Below are positions 19,143-29,462 of a stretch of DNA of 64,000 nucleotides, one piece after another (position 1 is the stretch's first letter; each line of letters opens with the position of its first letter). The notes beneath the pieces are model-generated. The model was not told the DNA's origin. It did no database searches and was given only the letters and a program-made list of their open reading frames with translations. The position numbers and the translations under genes are program-made. Source of the stretch: Candidatus Thorarchaeota archaeon (GTDB lineage Archaea > Asgardarchaeota > Thorarchaeia > Thorarchaeales > Thorarchaeaceae). The DNA lies in NCBI GenBank assembly GCA_003345555.1, contig PRDJ01000042.1:12282-76281 (forward strand), in the 5' to 3' direction.

Positions 19143-20906
19143 ATGACTCTGGATGTGAAAACCCTCGGCGACTTGTACGGCAAGGTAGCAATAGGGAATC
19201 AGGCCATGCTTGGGATTATGGGAAACAACCGTGATATCAGCGTCGGTGAGATATTCATGGTGTATTCCCAGAGAGACGGACACGAGCGAGTGTTCTTCTT
19301 CCGTGTCTCAGCCCTCCAAAACTACCTGCGTCATGTGGACGACATGGCGCGCGTAGCTGGCACATTGATGATTGAAGGGGACGCGTATCTCTCAGGCATC
19401 AAGAGAGACATGCTACTCGAAGTCGAAGGAAAGATGCTTGGGTACGCAGAAATGGAGAACGGGAAATACGCCTTCAAATCGCCGCGCCGTCTTCCTGACC
19501 ATCTTGCTGATGTGTACCGACCAGTCCCCGGTGTCTCCGACAAGACCGTAAGGGAAATGCTGTCTAGTCAAACAGGCGGCGAAGTGCTCATCGGAGACCT
19601 ACAAGTTGGCGAGGCCACGCTAGATGTCCCGGTGGGCATACCTGCGAAGTTCCTTCCAATGCACATGGGAATCTATGGGTCCACAGGTTCTGGAAAAAGC
19701 AACCTGATGATGGTGATGATCAAATCCATTTTGGATTCAAATCTCGAGGGAATTCGCAGTCCGAATGAGCCTCGTACCCGTATCTCGGCCTTCTGCATAG
19801 ACCCGCACGACGAGTTCGCCAAGGGTGTCACGAAGTTCGGAATCCAGAACGTAGTGGAGGCAATGGATCAGGACACTAGGTCGGCGGTCATAGGTGACTT
19901 CTACTACCTTACAACGCATCTCAAGGCCACTCCTCGGGAAATCCAGCGATATGGCAGGGAGATACGTATCCTATGGGAAGAGATCCTGCCGCACGATCTC
20001 TATACCATCATGGACTTCACTCCACAAATGGTATCCTTCATTGATGCTCAGTATGCCATTAACAAAGAGAACTGGATATCGGCAATACTTGACCTGACGG
20101 AAGACCCCGACATGGTACAAAAGGGAACTCTGAATGCTGTCCAGCGACGCCTTCGATTCATTGAACGTTCGCCAATCTTCGTCCGTAGCGGTTCGTCTAT
20201 ACTAGATGATGTATTCGTGGCCATGGAGACGGGGCGCGTGCTCGTAGTCAACACCAGCCTGATGAGTGATACGGAGCAGTTTCTCCTTACGACAGTAGTC
20301 GCACGTTCGATATCCGATCTCAGAAGGGCCGCGAAAAGCAGCGGAACGCTGGGGGACTTCGAGACTCAGGGCCAGCTTAGGCTTCCCGCCCCATTCTTCG
20401 GCCGCATCAAGACCAAGGCAAGATCCTTCTACACGAAAGGTGGAAAGAGCGATGATTCTGGGGTACGCGATCCACGCGAAATGCCTGTGATTCTCGTGAC
20501 CGTTGAAGAAGCCCCTTCAATTCTCAATCCCCAACTGATGCAGGGGCAGTCGGTGTTCAAGGACATCTCTCGTCAAGGGCGGAAGTTCAACATAGGCCTC
20601 GTCGTGATAAGTCAGCAGGTCAGCGTTCTGGATAATGTGATACTGAGCCAGATGAACACCCAGGTCAATCTTCGACTCGGTAACGAGCATGAGATTCAAG
20701 CATGTGTCGATAATGCAAGCATCAACATATCGGGCATGGAGAACGAGTTCCGTGTCATGGTCAAAGGAGACGCGATACTCACAGCATCATATCGTGAGCT
20801 TCCTTTGCCTGTCCATGTACCTCTCTTCGATACATTGTTCGAACGTGACAAGGGAAAGTACAAACCATCAAAGACCGCACGGTCAAGCGAGAAACACACA
20901 CTCTGA
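19143..20906 (+). CDS. herA: HerA helicase/ATPase
   Basis: 587 aa; Walker A GSTGSGKS (FtsK/HerA type); Walker B-like VTVEEAP; operon context. Confidence 0.8.
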   Translation: MTLDVKTLGDLYGKVAIGNQAMLGIMGNNRDISVGEIFMVYSQRDGHERVFFFRVSALQNYLRHVDDMARVAGTLMIEGDAYLSGIKRDMLLEVEGKMLGYAEMENGKYAFKSPRRLPDHLADVYRPVPGVSDKTVREMLSSQTGGEVLIGDLQVGEATLDVPVGIPAKFLPMHMGIYGSTGSGKSNLMMVMIKSILDSNLEGIRSPNEPRTRISAFCIDPHDEFAKGVTKFGIQNVVEAMDQDTRSAVIGDFYYLTTHLKATPREIQRYGREIRILWEEILPHDLYTIMDFTPQMVSFIDAQYAINKENWISAILDLTEDPDMVQKGTLNAVQRRLRFIERSPIFVRSGSSILDDVFVAMETGRVLVVNTSLMSDTEQFLLTTVVARSISDLRRAAKSSGTLGDFETQGQLRLPAPFFGRIKTKARSFYTKGGKSDDSGVRDPREMPVILVTVEEAPSILNPQLMQGQSVFKDISRQGRKFNIGLVVISQQVSVLDNVILSQMNTQVNLRLGNEHEIQACVDNASINISGMENEFRVMVKGDAILTASYRELPLPVHVPLFDTLFERDKGKYKPSKTARSSEKHTL

Positions 20907-20914
20907 GGCGCATC

Positions 20915-22228
20915 TTGATGACTGCACGCATTGCGCACATATCGGACACCCATCTGGGCACGAGGCCTAGAGACGGGGTCAGGTCCGATGTCTGGGCAGT
21001 CGAGATGCGTACACGAGTCATCGAGAATGATTTCTATGAGCGCTTCGCAGAGATCTTTGACAGGATTGCCTCACTTGATCCTCCAGTCGACCTAGTCATA
21101 CACTCCGGTGATCTCTATGACTCACCGTCGGAAGAGAACCCCTCGCAGCCGCCGGTGGTAGCTCAGGAGACTGCGCTGTCAGTTCTGAAGAGCTTCACCG
21201 AGAAGACTGGAATTCCTGTTCTGATAATAGAGGGAAATCACGGGCTCTATAGATCAATGGATGTGTCATTGCTTGATTCTCTAAGAATGTCAATCTCTGG
21301 TCTCAATGTTGCCACGCATGTTGACCTCAAACAAGCATTCAACAAGAAAGAACCGCTGAAGTACTCTTACGACAAACTGGACGTCTTCTGTTTCCCATAC
21401 ATGAGCGCGAGTCTGTTGGAATCATCCGGCTTGGTAAACGAATTCAGTGACTGGATAATGACGAATCAGTCTCCTAGCAGCCGGAAGGCATCTGTTGCAG
21501 TAGTTCATGGAATGGATAGTGATCGAACACTTCCTCCATCTATCCTTAGTATGGGTTATAGCTACATTGCTCTTGGACACGATCACAAGCAGCACAAGCA
21601 TTCTGAGAATGCTTGGTACGCGGGATCGACTGAAAGATGGAGGTTCGATGAGGCAGGACAAAAGAAGGGCTTTCTCGTAGTCGAGATAGCGGCAAACGAA
21701 CGCCCGTCTGTGACCCCTGAATACATTCATTTCGCGCGTCCAGTCTTCAACCGAAGAATGACCACTGAGGATATTGGAAGCACCGAATCTCTGACTCAGA
21801 AAATCGATGCTTGGTTTTCTGAAAAGGGTATCAGGGGACCTTGGGATTCGTCAACTGCCGCTAGAATCAGGTTCGATTTTCGAGGGTCTTCTCGTATTGG
21901 TAATCTCGAAATCATGAATGCAATGGAAGCCTACAGAACGAAGGTCCTGCAATCGGGGTCTGATTACAACATAGCCCAGCTGACTTGGCATACTCGCCCG
22001 CCTGAAACCGAACCGAGTCTCACCGCATTTCCTGAAATCGAGTCCGAGTACCTTATCGAGAACCCCGAAGAGGATTTTCGCGCATACTTGGACACGATCA
22101 AAGGGCTTGACACACAGTTTGACCCCGCTCTCTTGACGAAAGTGGCTGTGCGAGCACTCAAGATGTCCGTAAAGAAAGGTGAAGACAAGCTTACACTCGA
22201 AACACTGTCGGAGGACGAGGGCAGATGA
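20915..22228 (+). CDS. mre11: Mre11 nuclease
   Basis: Phosphoesterase motifs in order: ISDTHLG, HSGDLYD, GNHG, ALGHDH, YAGSTER. Confidence 0.85.
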   Translation: MMTARIAHISDTHLGTRPRDGVRSDVWAVEMRTRVIENDFYERFAEIFDRIASLDPPVDLVIHSGDLYDSPSEENPSQPPVVAQETALSVLKSFTEKTGIPVLIIEGNHGLYRSMDVSLLDSLRMSISGLNVATHVDLKQAFNKKEPLKYSYDKLDVFCFPYMSASLLESSGLVNEFSDWIMTNQSPSSRKASVAVVHGMDSDRTLPPSILSMGYSYIALGHDHKQHKHSENAWYAGSTERWRFDEAGQKKGFLVVEIAANERPSVTPEYIHFARPVFNRRMTTEDIGSTESLTQKIDAWFSEKGIRGPWDSSTAARIRFDFRGSSRIGNLEIMNAMEAYRTKVLQSGSDYNIAQLTWHTRPPETEPSLTAFPEIESEYLIENPEEDFRAYLDTIKGLDTQFDPALLTKVAVRALKMSVKKGEDKLTLETLSEDEGR

Positions 22229-24315
22229 AGGTGCTGAGCATCAAACTCAGGAGCTTCAAGCCCTTCCGTAGTCTTCTCCTACCTGACGATGAAGGCGATC
22301 TTCCAGAAGGCTTGATACTGGTTCGAGGACCGAATTCCACAGGCAAGTCCTCGCTCTTCGAAGCAATACTGTGGGGTCTCTGGGGAGCAGACGCAGTGAA
22401 GCTCAACAACGATGAGCTTGTTAGCTTCGGTGCGGCGTCATGTGAAGTTACCATAATCTTTGAGATTGAGAAAAAGCAGTACAAGATTGTCAGGTCGTAC
22501 GGTTTGGATAAGCGTCTGTCTGTCACGCTCTACGCGAAGGCAAACGGCAACTGGAAACCCATAGCTGACAAGAGCAGTTCCGTGGCTACGAAGCTAGAAG
22601 AGATACTCAACCTCCAGCTGAACCAAGCTCTAAACACGCTTCTTGTCCGACAAGGGGAAGTCGCCACCATTGCCAGTGCTACTCCCTCTGAGCTGAGAGA
22701 GCTTCTTGTAAAGGTTTACAACATTGAGCTATTGGATAAGATGGAAACACATCTGGAGAGTCTTGAGTCAGATGTTGCATCCAAGGTCAAGACGCTGAAA
22801 GACAACTATGAGGCGCCTGAACTAATCGAGGAGAGAATCAGACAATCGGAATCCCGAATTCGCAAACAAGAAGAAGGGCTTGAGGCAAGAACCAACCAAC
22901 AGGCTGTCTTGCTCTCTCAGGTAGAGTCTCTTCCCAATCCGGCCATCCTTTCAGAAGTTCTCAAGCTCGATTCTGACGTAGAAGGAAAAGAACGCGAGTA
23001 CGAGTATGCCATAAGCAACAGAGACAGAGAGCTTGCCGATGCTGGACTAGTCGACTCGACAGATATAGTGGTCCGGGCCCGCCAAGAGGAACTTGCCAAG
23101 GAGTTCGAGCGACTAACTGAACAGCGCGCCAGAATCGAGTCGGATATCACAGATGCTGATCAAGAAATCGGTGGGCTGGCTAAGGTTGACAAAGACCTGC
23201 TCAAGCAAGTCGAGACGCTTCAAGGAGCTGCCGAGTCTGTGGGACAAGGAATGAAATGTCCCACCTGTGGGAAGGCTCTATCAGTGAAAGAGCGCGACGA
23301 GTTGGTAGGGCAATACAGAGCCACACTCAACAAGGACGCTTCGCGACGAGACGACCTATCCAAGCTGAAGACCAAGCTGGCCGCGAACAAGAGGATTACG
23401 GACGAGAGACTCAATACCATTCCTTCCGCTATTGAGGCATTGAAACGGCTTTCTGAGCGGCAAGCAGCAGTTGACGAAACAAAGGGGCGGGTGGAGGAGT
23501 CTAAGGGATTGCTGAAATCCTTCCTCAAGGAACATGATATGCCTCCTCTACACGATCTCCTTAGCCAGTTTAACGCCAATGACTTGGCTGAGCTGCAACG
23601 CATCGTAGACGCAAGAAGCATTCAGCTCGAGTCGCTGAATCGAGAGATTGAATCAGCAAAAGCGGAGCTAGACGATAGGCGCAGGGAGAAAGATGAACTC
23701 GAAGCCAGGGCTACCCGAATGAAAGAGATTGGCGCTGAGATTTCAGACATGGAGACACTTGTTGAGCATACGAAGTATGTGAGAAGGAATCTTGTGAAGG
23801 GATTCATCTCCGACTATGTTGTTCAGAAACGATTGATTGGCATAATCAGGGCGGCCACTAATCAATACGTTCAGTCGTTTACGAATGGTCAGTACACTCG
23901 TATTGACTTGGTGCCGACTCCGGCAATGGCAAAGTCCGGTGCTGGGTTAATGCTCAAAGTTCATGACGATCGCGACAATCAGGAAAAGAAGGCCAGCCAG
24001 CTTAGCTACGGGGACCGGACTGCGGTGAGTCTTGCGCTGAGACTCGGAATCAGTCGAACCATGAGTAGAATCCGACCTTTGAAGGACAGTCCCGCGTATT
24101 CTCCTCGGGTCCAATGCGTTCTTCTGGATGAGCCTCTAGGCGGTCTCGATAGAGAACGGAGGGCATCGGTCGTCAGGAATCTAACAAGCGATCAAAGCTT
24201 CAAACAGATATTCCTGATTACGCATACCGATGTCCAAGGATTGGAGGGTGTCTCCGTCATCGATGTCGCAAAAAGCGGCTCGGGAAGTACAGCTACGCTC
24301 ATCGCCACATCATAG
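22225..24315 (+). CDS. rad50: Rad50 ATPase (short coiled coil)
   Basis: Walker A GPNSTGKSS; zinc hook CPTCG; signature LSYGDRTAVSLALRL; Walker B VLLDEPLGGLD; H-loop ITHTD; 4-nt overlap with mre11. Confidence 0.85.
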   Translation: MKVLSIKLRSFKPFRSLLLPDDEGDLPEGLILVRGPNSTGKSSLFEAILWGLWGADAVKLNNDELVSFGAASCEVTIIFEIEKKQYKIVRSYGLDKRLSVTLYAKANGNWKPIADKSSSVATKLEEILNLQLNQALNTLLVRQGEVATIASATPSELRELLVKVYNIELLDKMETHLESLESDVASKVKTLKDNYEAPELIEERIRQSESRIRKQEEGLEARTNQQAVLLSQVESLPNPAILSEVLKLDSDVEGKEREYEYAISNRDRELADAGLVDSTDIVVRARQEELAKEFERLTEQRARIESDITDADQEIGGLAKVDKDLLKQVETLQGAAESVGQGMKCPTCGKALSVKERDELVGQYRATLNKDASRRDDLSKLKTKLAANKRITDERLNTIPSAIEALKRLSERQAAVDETKGRVEESKGLLKSFLKEHDMPPLHDLLSQFNANDLAELQRIVDARSIQLESLNREIESAKAELDDRRREKDELEARATRMKEIGAEISDMETLVEHTKYVRRNLVKGFISDYVVQKRLIGIIRAATNQYVQSFTNGQYTRIDLVPTPAMAKSGAGLMLKVHDDRDNQEKKASQLSYGDRTAVSLALRLGISRTMSRIRPLKDSPAYSPRVQCVLLDEPLGGLDRERRASVVRNLTSDQSFKQIFLITHTDVQGLEGVSVIDVAKSGSGSTATLIATS

Positions 24316-24372
24316 TCGTAAGGCAGGCGATGGAGAACAAGTATATCAGACAGCTTAGATGACCGCATATCT

Positions 24373-26196
24373 ATGCGCTTGGCCAAGCTGGCACCGCGTC
24401 TTGTGAATGGGCTTCTTGTTCAAGTCTCTGTGCTTGTCGTTCTTTATGTCACAGCCGTGGTCTGGGTGCTGGTTTCTGGCGGCGTCGTACAGGCTTACGT
24501 TCCCCAATTGATTATTCTTTACGCTGCGTTCGCCATATTGACTGTGGTCTTCAGGCGCTCTGTTGTCGAGTACTTGCCGCTGCTGCTAGTGCTGCAATTC
24601 GGCATGTTGGTATGGACTTCGGTTTTCAATGCTGCAGTGGCAGACTACCTTTCCGGCGGAGTGTGGAACAGCAGAGGAGTTTGGCTGGGTAATAGACCGA
24701 TCGACTTCTTCGGTTACACAATTCAACTTCGTTTGGAGGGTTATACCGACTACAGCTTCTTCTACGTTCATTGGGGACACAACATGTTGAATGGAGTGAT
24801 GCCATACAGTGACGCATTCGGTTACCTCGTAATGAACGGAATCACAAACAGAAATGGACTGTACATATTTCCTCCGTTCTACGCGTATCTCTATGCGGCT
24901 GGCATAGCCCTTCCTGTTGATGATTGGGGCATAGGACTACTGATTGCCTGTTTTGGATACCTGACTGTTCTGCCCGTGTACGGTCTTGGACGCGAGCTGT
25001 CAGCGAATAGGCATGTTGGGGAAGTTGCAGCTCTGACTTACCTGCTAAGCCCGAGTGTCCTCTATCATACTGATTTCGTATGGTTGAATCCCTCACCCTT
25101 CATCTTCTTCTTCTTTGCGGGGTTCTACATGCTGGTCCGAGGCAATCGACATACCGGCACGATCCTCATTTTGGTCTCGGCATTGTTCAAGCAGACGGCT
25201 TGGTTCTTGGGAATCCCCCTCGTTGTGTACCTTCTCATGAAGCCTCGGGTCGCCTCGCGGGCAAATCCTCCGGGCAACAGAAGTATTCTGGGTTCTGTTC
25301 GTGAGATACTAAGAGGAATTTCCAATGCACTCGATATACGAGGCTTCATGTTCAGTGTAGTGCTAGTAGTCATATTCGTCGGAGCGGTGATGTTTCCGTT
25401 CCTCTTGGCTCAACCGTATGTGCTGCTATTCATGAGCCTGGCCTCTGGAGGCTTTAGGCTCGAGTCATTCACTGAGCTTCCTTCATACGGAAGTCCAGCG
25501 CGGCTTCAAGTACTTCCTCTAGTTGCCTACCTTTCGATACCTGAGTCTAATCGGTCTGAACCTCTTGGTGTTTTTCTTCTATGGTTAACCCAGACTCTTG
25601 ATAACCTTGTCTTCAATGATTTCCTTCTGATCCTGGGGGTTGTGATATTCAGCGGTGTGATGCTGATTGAACCTAGGCGCGTTGGACGCGAGAAGCAGTA
25701 CATGAGGCGTCTGCTTTTCCTCACGATGATAATGATGCTTTGGGTCAATCTGACAGGACCGAGGGGTGTCTACAAATACTATTTCACATTGTTCGCGCCA
25801 TTTTTCTCACTTTTCTCATCTGCCCGAATCGTTGAGAGCAAGGAAGAGCATGTGCCATTTTCTTGGTCAATGCTCTGGCTTCCAGTCTCGATGAGTGCCA
25901 TGATTCTTATTCCAAGTCGCTATGTATACTTATTCGGAGTTCTTTTAATTATGATTGCATACTTGCTTGTTCATAGCGTAGGCACTTTCTGGTATATACT
26001 GACAACCCCGACTCGGTACATGTCAGATAGACTCAAGGGACACATGCATCATACGGCTTTTCTAGCGTCCGTCTTGGCGAGCAAAGTGAGAGGACTCAAC
26101 AGAGAAACAAGCCCATTGTCCGAAACCCTGCCTGATTCGGAAGCCATGCGTGAATCCGAAGGCAGAGGAGGCATGTCTAATGTTGGAAAGCCTTAA
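24373..26196 (+). CDS. GT-C fold integral membrane glycosyltransferase, PIG-M/DUF2029-like (paralog 1)
   Basis: 607 aa, at least 10 TM spans. First-loop motif GYTDYSFFYVHW...GVMPY (similar to the PIG-M YTDIDY...SPY motif), WLNPSPF, FKQTAWFLGIPLV. Confidence 0.5.
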   Translation: MRLAKLAPRLVNGLLVQVSVLVVLYVTAVVWVLVSGGVVQAYVPQLIILYAAFAILTVVFRRSVVEYLPLLLVLQFGMLVWTSVFNAAVADYLSGGVWNSRGVWLGNRPIDFFGYTIQLRLEGYTDYSFFYVHWGHNMLNGVMPYSDAFGYLVMNGITNRNGLYIFPPFYAYLYAAGIALPVDDWGIGLLIACFGYLTVLPVYGLGRELSANRHVGEVAALTYLLSPSVLYHTDFVWLNPSPFIFFFFAGFYMLVRGNRHTGTILILVSALFKQTAWFLGIPLVVYLLMKPRVASRANPPGNRSILGSVREILRGISNALDIRGFMFSVVLVVIFVGAVMFPFLLAQPYVLLFMSLASGGFRLESFTELPSYGSPARLQVLPLVAYLSIPESNRSEPLGVFLLWLTQTLDNLVFNDFLLILGVVIFSGVMLIEPRRVGREKQYMRRLLFLTMIMMLWVNLTGPRGVYKYYFTLFAPFFSLFSSARIVESKEEHVPFSWSMLWLPVSMSAMILIPSRYVYLFGVLLIMIAYLLVHSVGTFWYILTTPTRYMSDRLKGHMHHTAFLASVLASKVRGLNRETSPLSETLPDSEAMRESEGRGGMSNVGKP

Positions 26197-27700
26197 TCGC
26201 GCTCTTCGTAGGATTGTCCTAATCCTGTTCAAATACAGGATACTCCTTGTGATACTCATATCGGCCTGTCTTGTTTGGGCGTGGATATTCAATCTGGCCG
26301 CGGCGGATTTCATTGAAGGTGGGTCGAGGCCTTTCAGAGCGGCCTGGAACGGATATGGCGCAATCAACGTCGCGGGATTGACGATTCCGCTGAACCTTGA
26401 GGGTTGGGCTGACTACGACTACTACTACATCAGTTGGGCAGACCAGTTTCTAAGAGGCGTTCAGCCTTACACAACCGAATTCGATTATCAAACGATTGGT
26501 GGCACAGTATACAACATTCCGTATTTCTTTCCCCCTCTGTTCTTGTATCTGTGCGCATTCGGGAGGGTGCTGCCGATTCAACCGTTTGGAATCGGATTGG
26601 TCATTACAGTGTTTGGCTATCTCACGGCTTTGCCGATATACGGGGTCGGAAAGTATCTCTCCGACAACCCGCATGTGGGAGAAATCGCAGCTGCAACGTA
26701 TCTCTTCAATCCAATTGTGCTTTATCACACAGTGGTTGATTGGCTAAATCCAGCTCCGTTTGTCTTCTTTGTCATGCTTTCCATCTATCTGATAGTCTCT
26801 GGCCACAGGGTCTCCGGTGTCCTTGCAATGGCGACCGCGGCAATGTTCAAGCAGACGGCGTTCGTGCTAGCCATACCTCTAGTCTGCTTCTTCCTGAGAA
26901 GACCTCCTCAGAAAGATGTGGCTCCCGAAACCGAGGCTCTTCAGGAGGGAAAGAGGTCCCTTCCGAGCGACAAGCTCGACTTGCGAAGTTTCTCAAAGAT
27001 CGTTCTGGTTGTTCTATTGTATGCGGTCGCCCTTTCTGTTCCATACTTGTTAGACCCGCTGAACTATGGATACTTCATCTTTCAGCGTGCAGGTGCCTTT
27101 CTATTGACCGATTTAGCGACACCTCCCGGCGACGGGCTGCCTATGACCTTGGCTGTCATTCTCATTGTGATGCATGCACCGGAGTGGTTAATCCAAGGTG
27201 TGAATCTAATGACGTATTACTCGGTCGGTCTCATCCTCGGGCTTTTGCCCATCCTCGTACAGATGCTTATCGAAATGAAGGATGACCGCAATCTGACCGG
27301 ATATTGGCGAAGGATGCTCTATCTCACATTATTGCTCCTACTCTGGATTCACCTCTTCTCGCCACGGGGAATCTACAAGTACTACCTAGTCGCGCTTGTA
27401 CCCTTCTTCTCGATCTTGTCGTCAACGACTATGTGCTCCAAAGAGTCTGGCGAATTTCGTCCGTCACTCCCGATGGTCGTTAACCCATTTGTGATCAGTA
27501 TACTGATTATTGTGCCCGACAGAACCATCTACATGCTATACTTGATACTAATCCTTCTATCATATGTCTTCTACAGACAGCTTGGCTTGGCATACAGACT
27601 TCTTGGCCGGACCTTCAGGCGAGGTATGAACGGCCTTCGCCACCTACGAGGGCATTCGGAGCCTCCAAGTTCGTCGAGTACTCTTGCGGAAGGAAGATGA
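26150..27700 (+). CDS. GT-C fold integral membrane glycosyltransferase, PIG-M/DUF2029-like (paralog 2)
   Basis: 516 aa with matching motifs ADYDYYYISWADQF...GVQPY, WLNPAPF, FKQTAFVLAIPLV, RGIYKYY. The annotated start overlaps paralog 1 by 47 nt; the true start may be 26180. Confidence 0.5.
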   Translation: MNPKAEEACLMLESLNRALRRIVLILFKYRILLVILISACLVWAWIFNLAAADFIEGGSRPFRAAWNGYGAINVAGLTIPLNLEGWADYDYYYISWADQFLRGVQPYTTEFDYQTIGGTVYNIPYFFPPLFLYLCAFGRVLPIQPFGIGLVITVFGYLTALPIYGVGKYLSDNPHVGEIAAATYLFNPIVLYHTVVDWLNPAPFVFFVMLSIYLIVSGHRVSGVLAMATAAMFKQTAFVLAIPLVCFFLRRPPQKDVAPETEALQEGKRSLPSDKLDLRSFSKIVLVVLLYAVALSVPYLLDPLNYGYFIFQRAGAFLLTDLATPPGDGLPMTLAVILIVMHAPEWLIQGVNLMTYYSVGLILGLLPILVQMLIEMKDDRNLTGYWRRMLYLTLLLLLWIHLFSPRGIYKYYLVALVPFFSILSSTTMCSKESGEFRPSLPMVVNPFVISILIIVPDRTIYMLYLILILLSYVFYRQLGLAYRLLGRTFRRGMNGLRHLRGHSEPPSSSSTLAEGR

Positions 27701-28891
27701 TTAGGAGGCTTGCTTGTCAAATTCCTCTCTCTTCTCAGCAAGTCTCCTGTCTAGGCTAGCTAACCGTTCGTCCAGTTTTTCAACCTGCTCATCATAGCTC
27801 TCTCTTGTCATAGTGCCAGTGGAGAGTTTCTGTTCTATGTGATCTCGGAGCTGATGAACTGACTTGATTTCCTTCTCGATAGAATCGATGTCAGCTATTA
27901 TCTCCTCGATTCTGTTCTCTTCCTCGGATTTGAATTGTTTCGCGGGCACCATGAGTCCGAACTGTTGTTGTGTCTTTTCCGCAAAGTCTTGGAATTGACC
28001 TCTGAGCCCTTCGATGCTCTTCTCGATTCTCCCCGTGTTCTCTGTGAGTCTCGCTATGTCTTTTTGTAAATCAATGACTGCATTGACAAGTCTGCGGAGT
28101 GTCTTGTCTATCTCGGCTTCGAAAGTGACCTGTGCGCCCTCACCAGCCGAGGGTCTTTCCTCTGCGGCCTTCGCTTGTGCCGCAACCACACGGCTAGGCC
28201 TTGTCAGTCGGTCTTCTCCTGTAAGCCATCTGAAACAGTTGAGTGCGAAGGTTGTGTTACCGTCGTTCTTCAAACCTCCCCCTCTTCGGAATATCTCATA
28301 GGTCCCGATGCAGATGACCCTCCCCCGCTCGAAGTCTGCGGCAGCTATGACAGGCTGATTTGGCGGATCCGCAGCCCCCGATGTTGCTGCTATGGCCATT
28401 GCCTTTCCCGAAAGCCTCAAGGTGCATGATGATGGCAGCAAGATATTGTTGATTCCTTCGGTTATTGAATGTTGGACGAAGCCTGATATCATGAGCAGAG
28501 TTGGAAGACCTGCGTTGTCTCTTTCATCCTTGACTGCCGTGTTGTCGAACTCGATACCAAAGTTCTTCGACAACAGGCTCATATTGGTCATGAGCCCCTT
28601 GTCGCCGCCAGAGAGCGACAGCAACATCAATCCGCCGCCGTCCTGAACAAACTTCTTGATGGCATCAATTTCATTGGACCGAAGCTTGGAGCCATTCGGG
28701 CAGGCAAACACGAGAGCGTCAATTCCTTCCAGCTTCTTGGGCATTATCATATACTCTGTATATGCCTCGACGTCATAGTCATTGTCTTTGAGAAGCTGAC
28801 CGAGCTGTGAATAAGTCGTGTCTAAGCGTCCTCTCTCGTTCTGAGTCTGGTCAAATGCAATTCGCTTTCTCCTCGCGCTCACGTTGCGCAC
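27701..28891 (-). CDS. hypothetical protein: ThuA/GATase1-like N-terminal domain plus C-terminal coiled coil
   Basis: 396 aa; IDALVFACPNGSKL...GGGLMLL pattern, then a long heptad-rich tail. Confidence 0.35.
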   Translation of the reverse strand: MRNVSARRKRIAFDQTQNERGRLDTTYSQLGQLLKDNDYDVEAYTEYMIMPKKLEGIDALVFACPNGSKLRSNEIDAIKKFVQDGGGLMLLSLSGGDKGLMTNMSLLSKNFGIEFDNTAVKDERDNAGLPTLLMISGFVQHSITEGINNILLPSSCTLRLSGKAMAIAATSGAADPPNQPVIAAADFERGRVICIGTYEIFRRGGGLKNDGNTTFALNCFRWLTGEDRLTRPSRVVAAQAKAAEERPSAGEGAQVTFEAEIDKTLRRLVNAVIDLQKDIARLTENTGRIEKSIEGLRGQFQDFAEKTQQQFGLMVPAKQFKSEEENRIEEIIADIDSIEKEIKSVHQLRDHIEQKLSTGTMTRESYDEQVEKLDERLASLDRRLAEKREEFDKQAS

Positions 28892-28984
28892 CTCGGGCTG
28901 CCTGGCATACTGATTACGATGGCCAGTGACTAATGAGACTTGTGCTGGTGAGTACTCTGGAGTGCGAACACTTTATCATCCGGT

Positions 28985-29434
28985 TTGGCAGATTCTGTCT
29001 GCATGAGTAGTCCCGAGGACTGTGTATTCTGCAGAATCGTCAAAGGTGAAGTCCCTGCATCAATCGTCTTCCAAGATGAGGTATGTCTGGCCTTCATGGA
29101 CATATACCCTGTCACCAGAGGCCACTGTCTGCTGATTCCGAAGAAGCACTTCAACAACCTGCTCGATGTTGACTTGGACGTGCTCTCACATCTCGCCCGG
29201 CGCCTAGCTGAGTTGACTCGCAAGGTTCAGTCTGGCTTGAAGCCCGAGGGCGTATTGAATGCAGCCGCCAACGGACCTGGTGCCGGTCAGGATATCCCAC
29301 ACTTACATTTCCACATAATCCCGCGCAACAGAGGCGATGAATTCGGTTTTCATTTTCCTAGGAATTACAGGGAAAAGATGGCAGATAAAGCGCAGCTGGA
29401 CCGGATTGCCAAAACAATCCGGGAGGCCAAGTAA
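28985..29434 (+). CDS. HIT family protein (histidine triad hydrolase)
   Basis: HLHFHIIPR triad motif; CVFCRI near the N-terminus. Confidence 0.8.
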   Translation: MADSVCMSSPEDCVFCRIVKGEVPASIVFQDEVCLAFMDIYPVTRGHCLLIPKKHFNNLLDVDLDVLSHLARRLAELTRKVQSGLKPEGVLNAAANGPGAGQDIPHLHFHIIPRNRGDEFGFHFPRNYREKMADKAQLDRIAKTIREAK

Positions 29435-29462
29435 GGCATCCACTACGTACTGCGATTTGTGT

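Noticed and set aside
26740-27285. 181-aa alternative-frame ORF inside GT-C paralog 2
   Set aside because: Cys/Arg/Ser-rich off-frame translation; the main frame has coherent TM helices and conserved paralog motifs.
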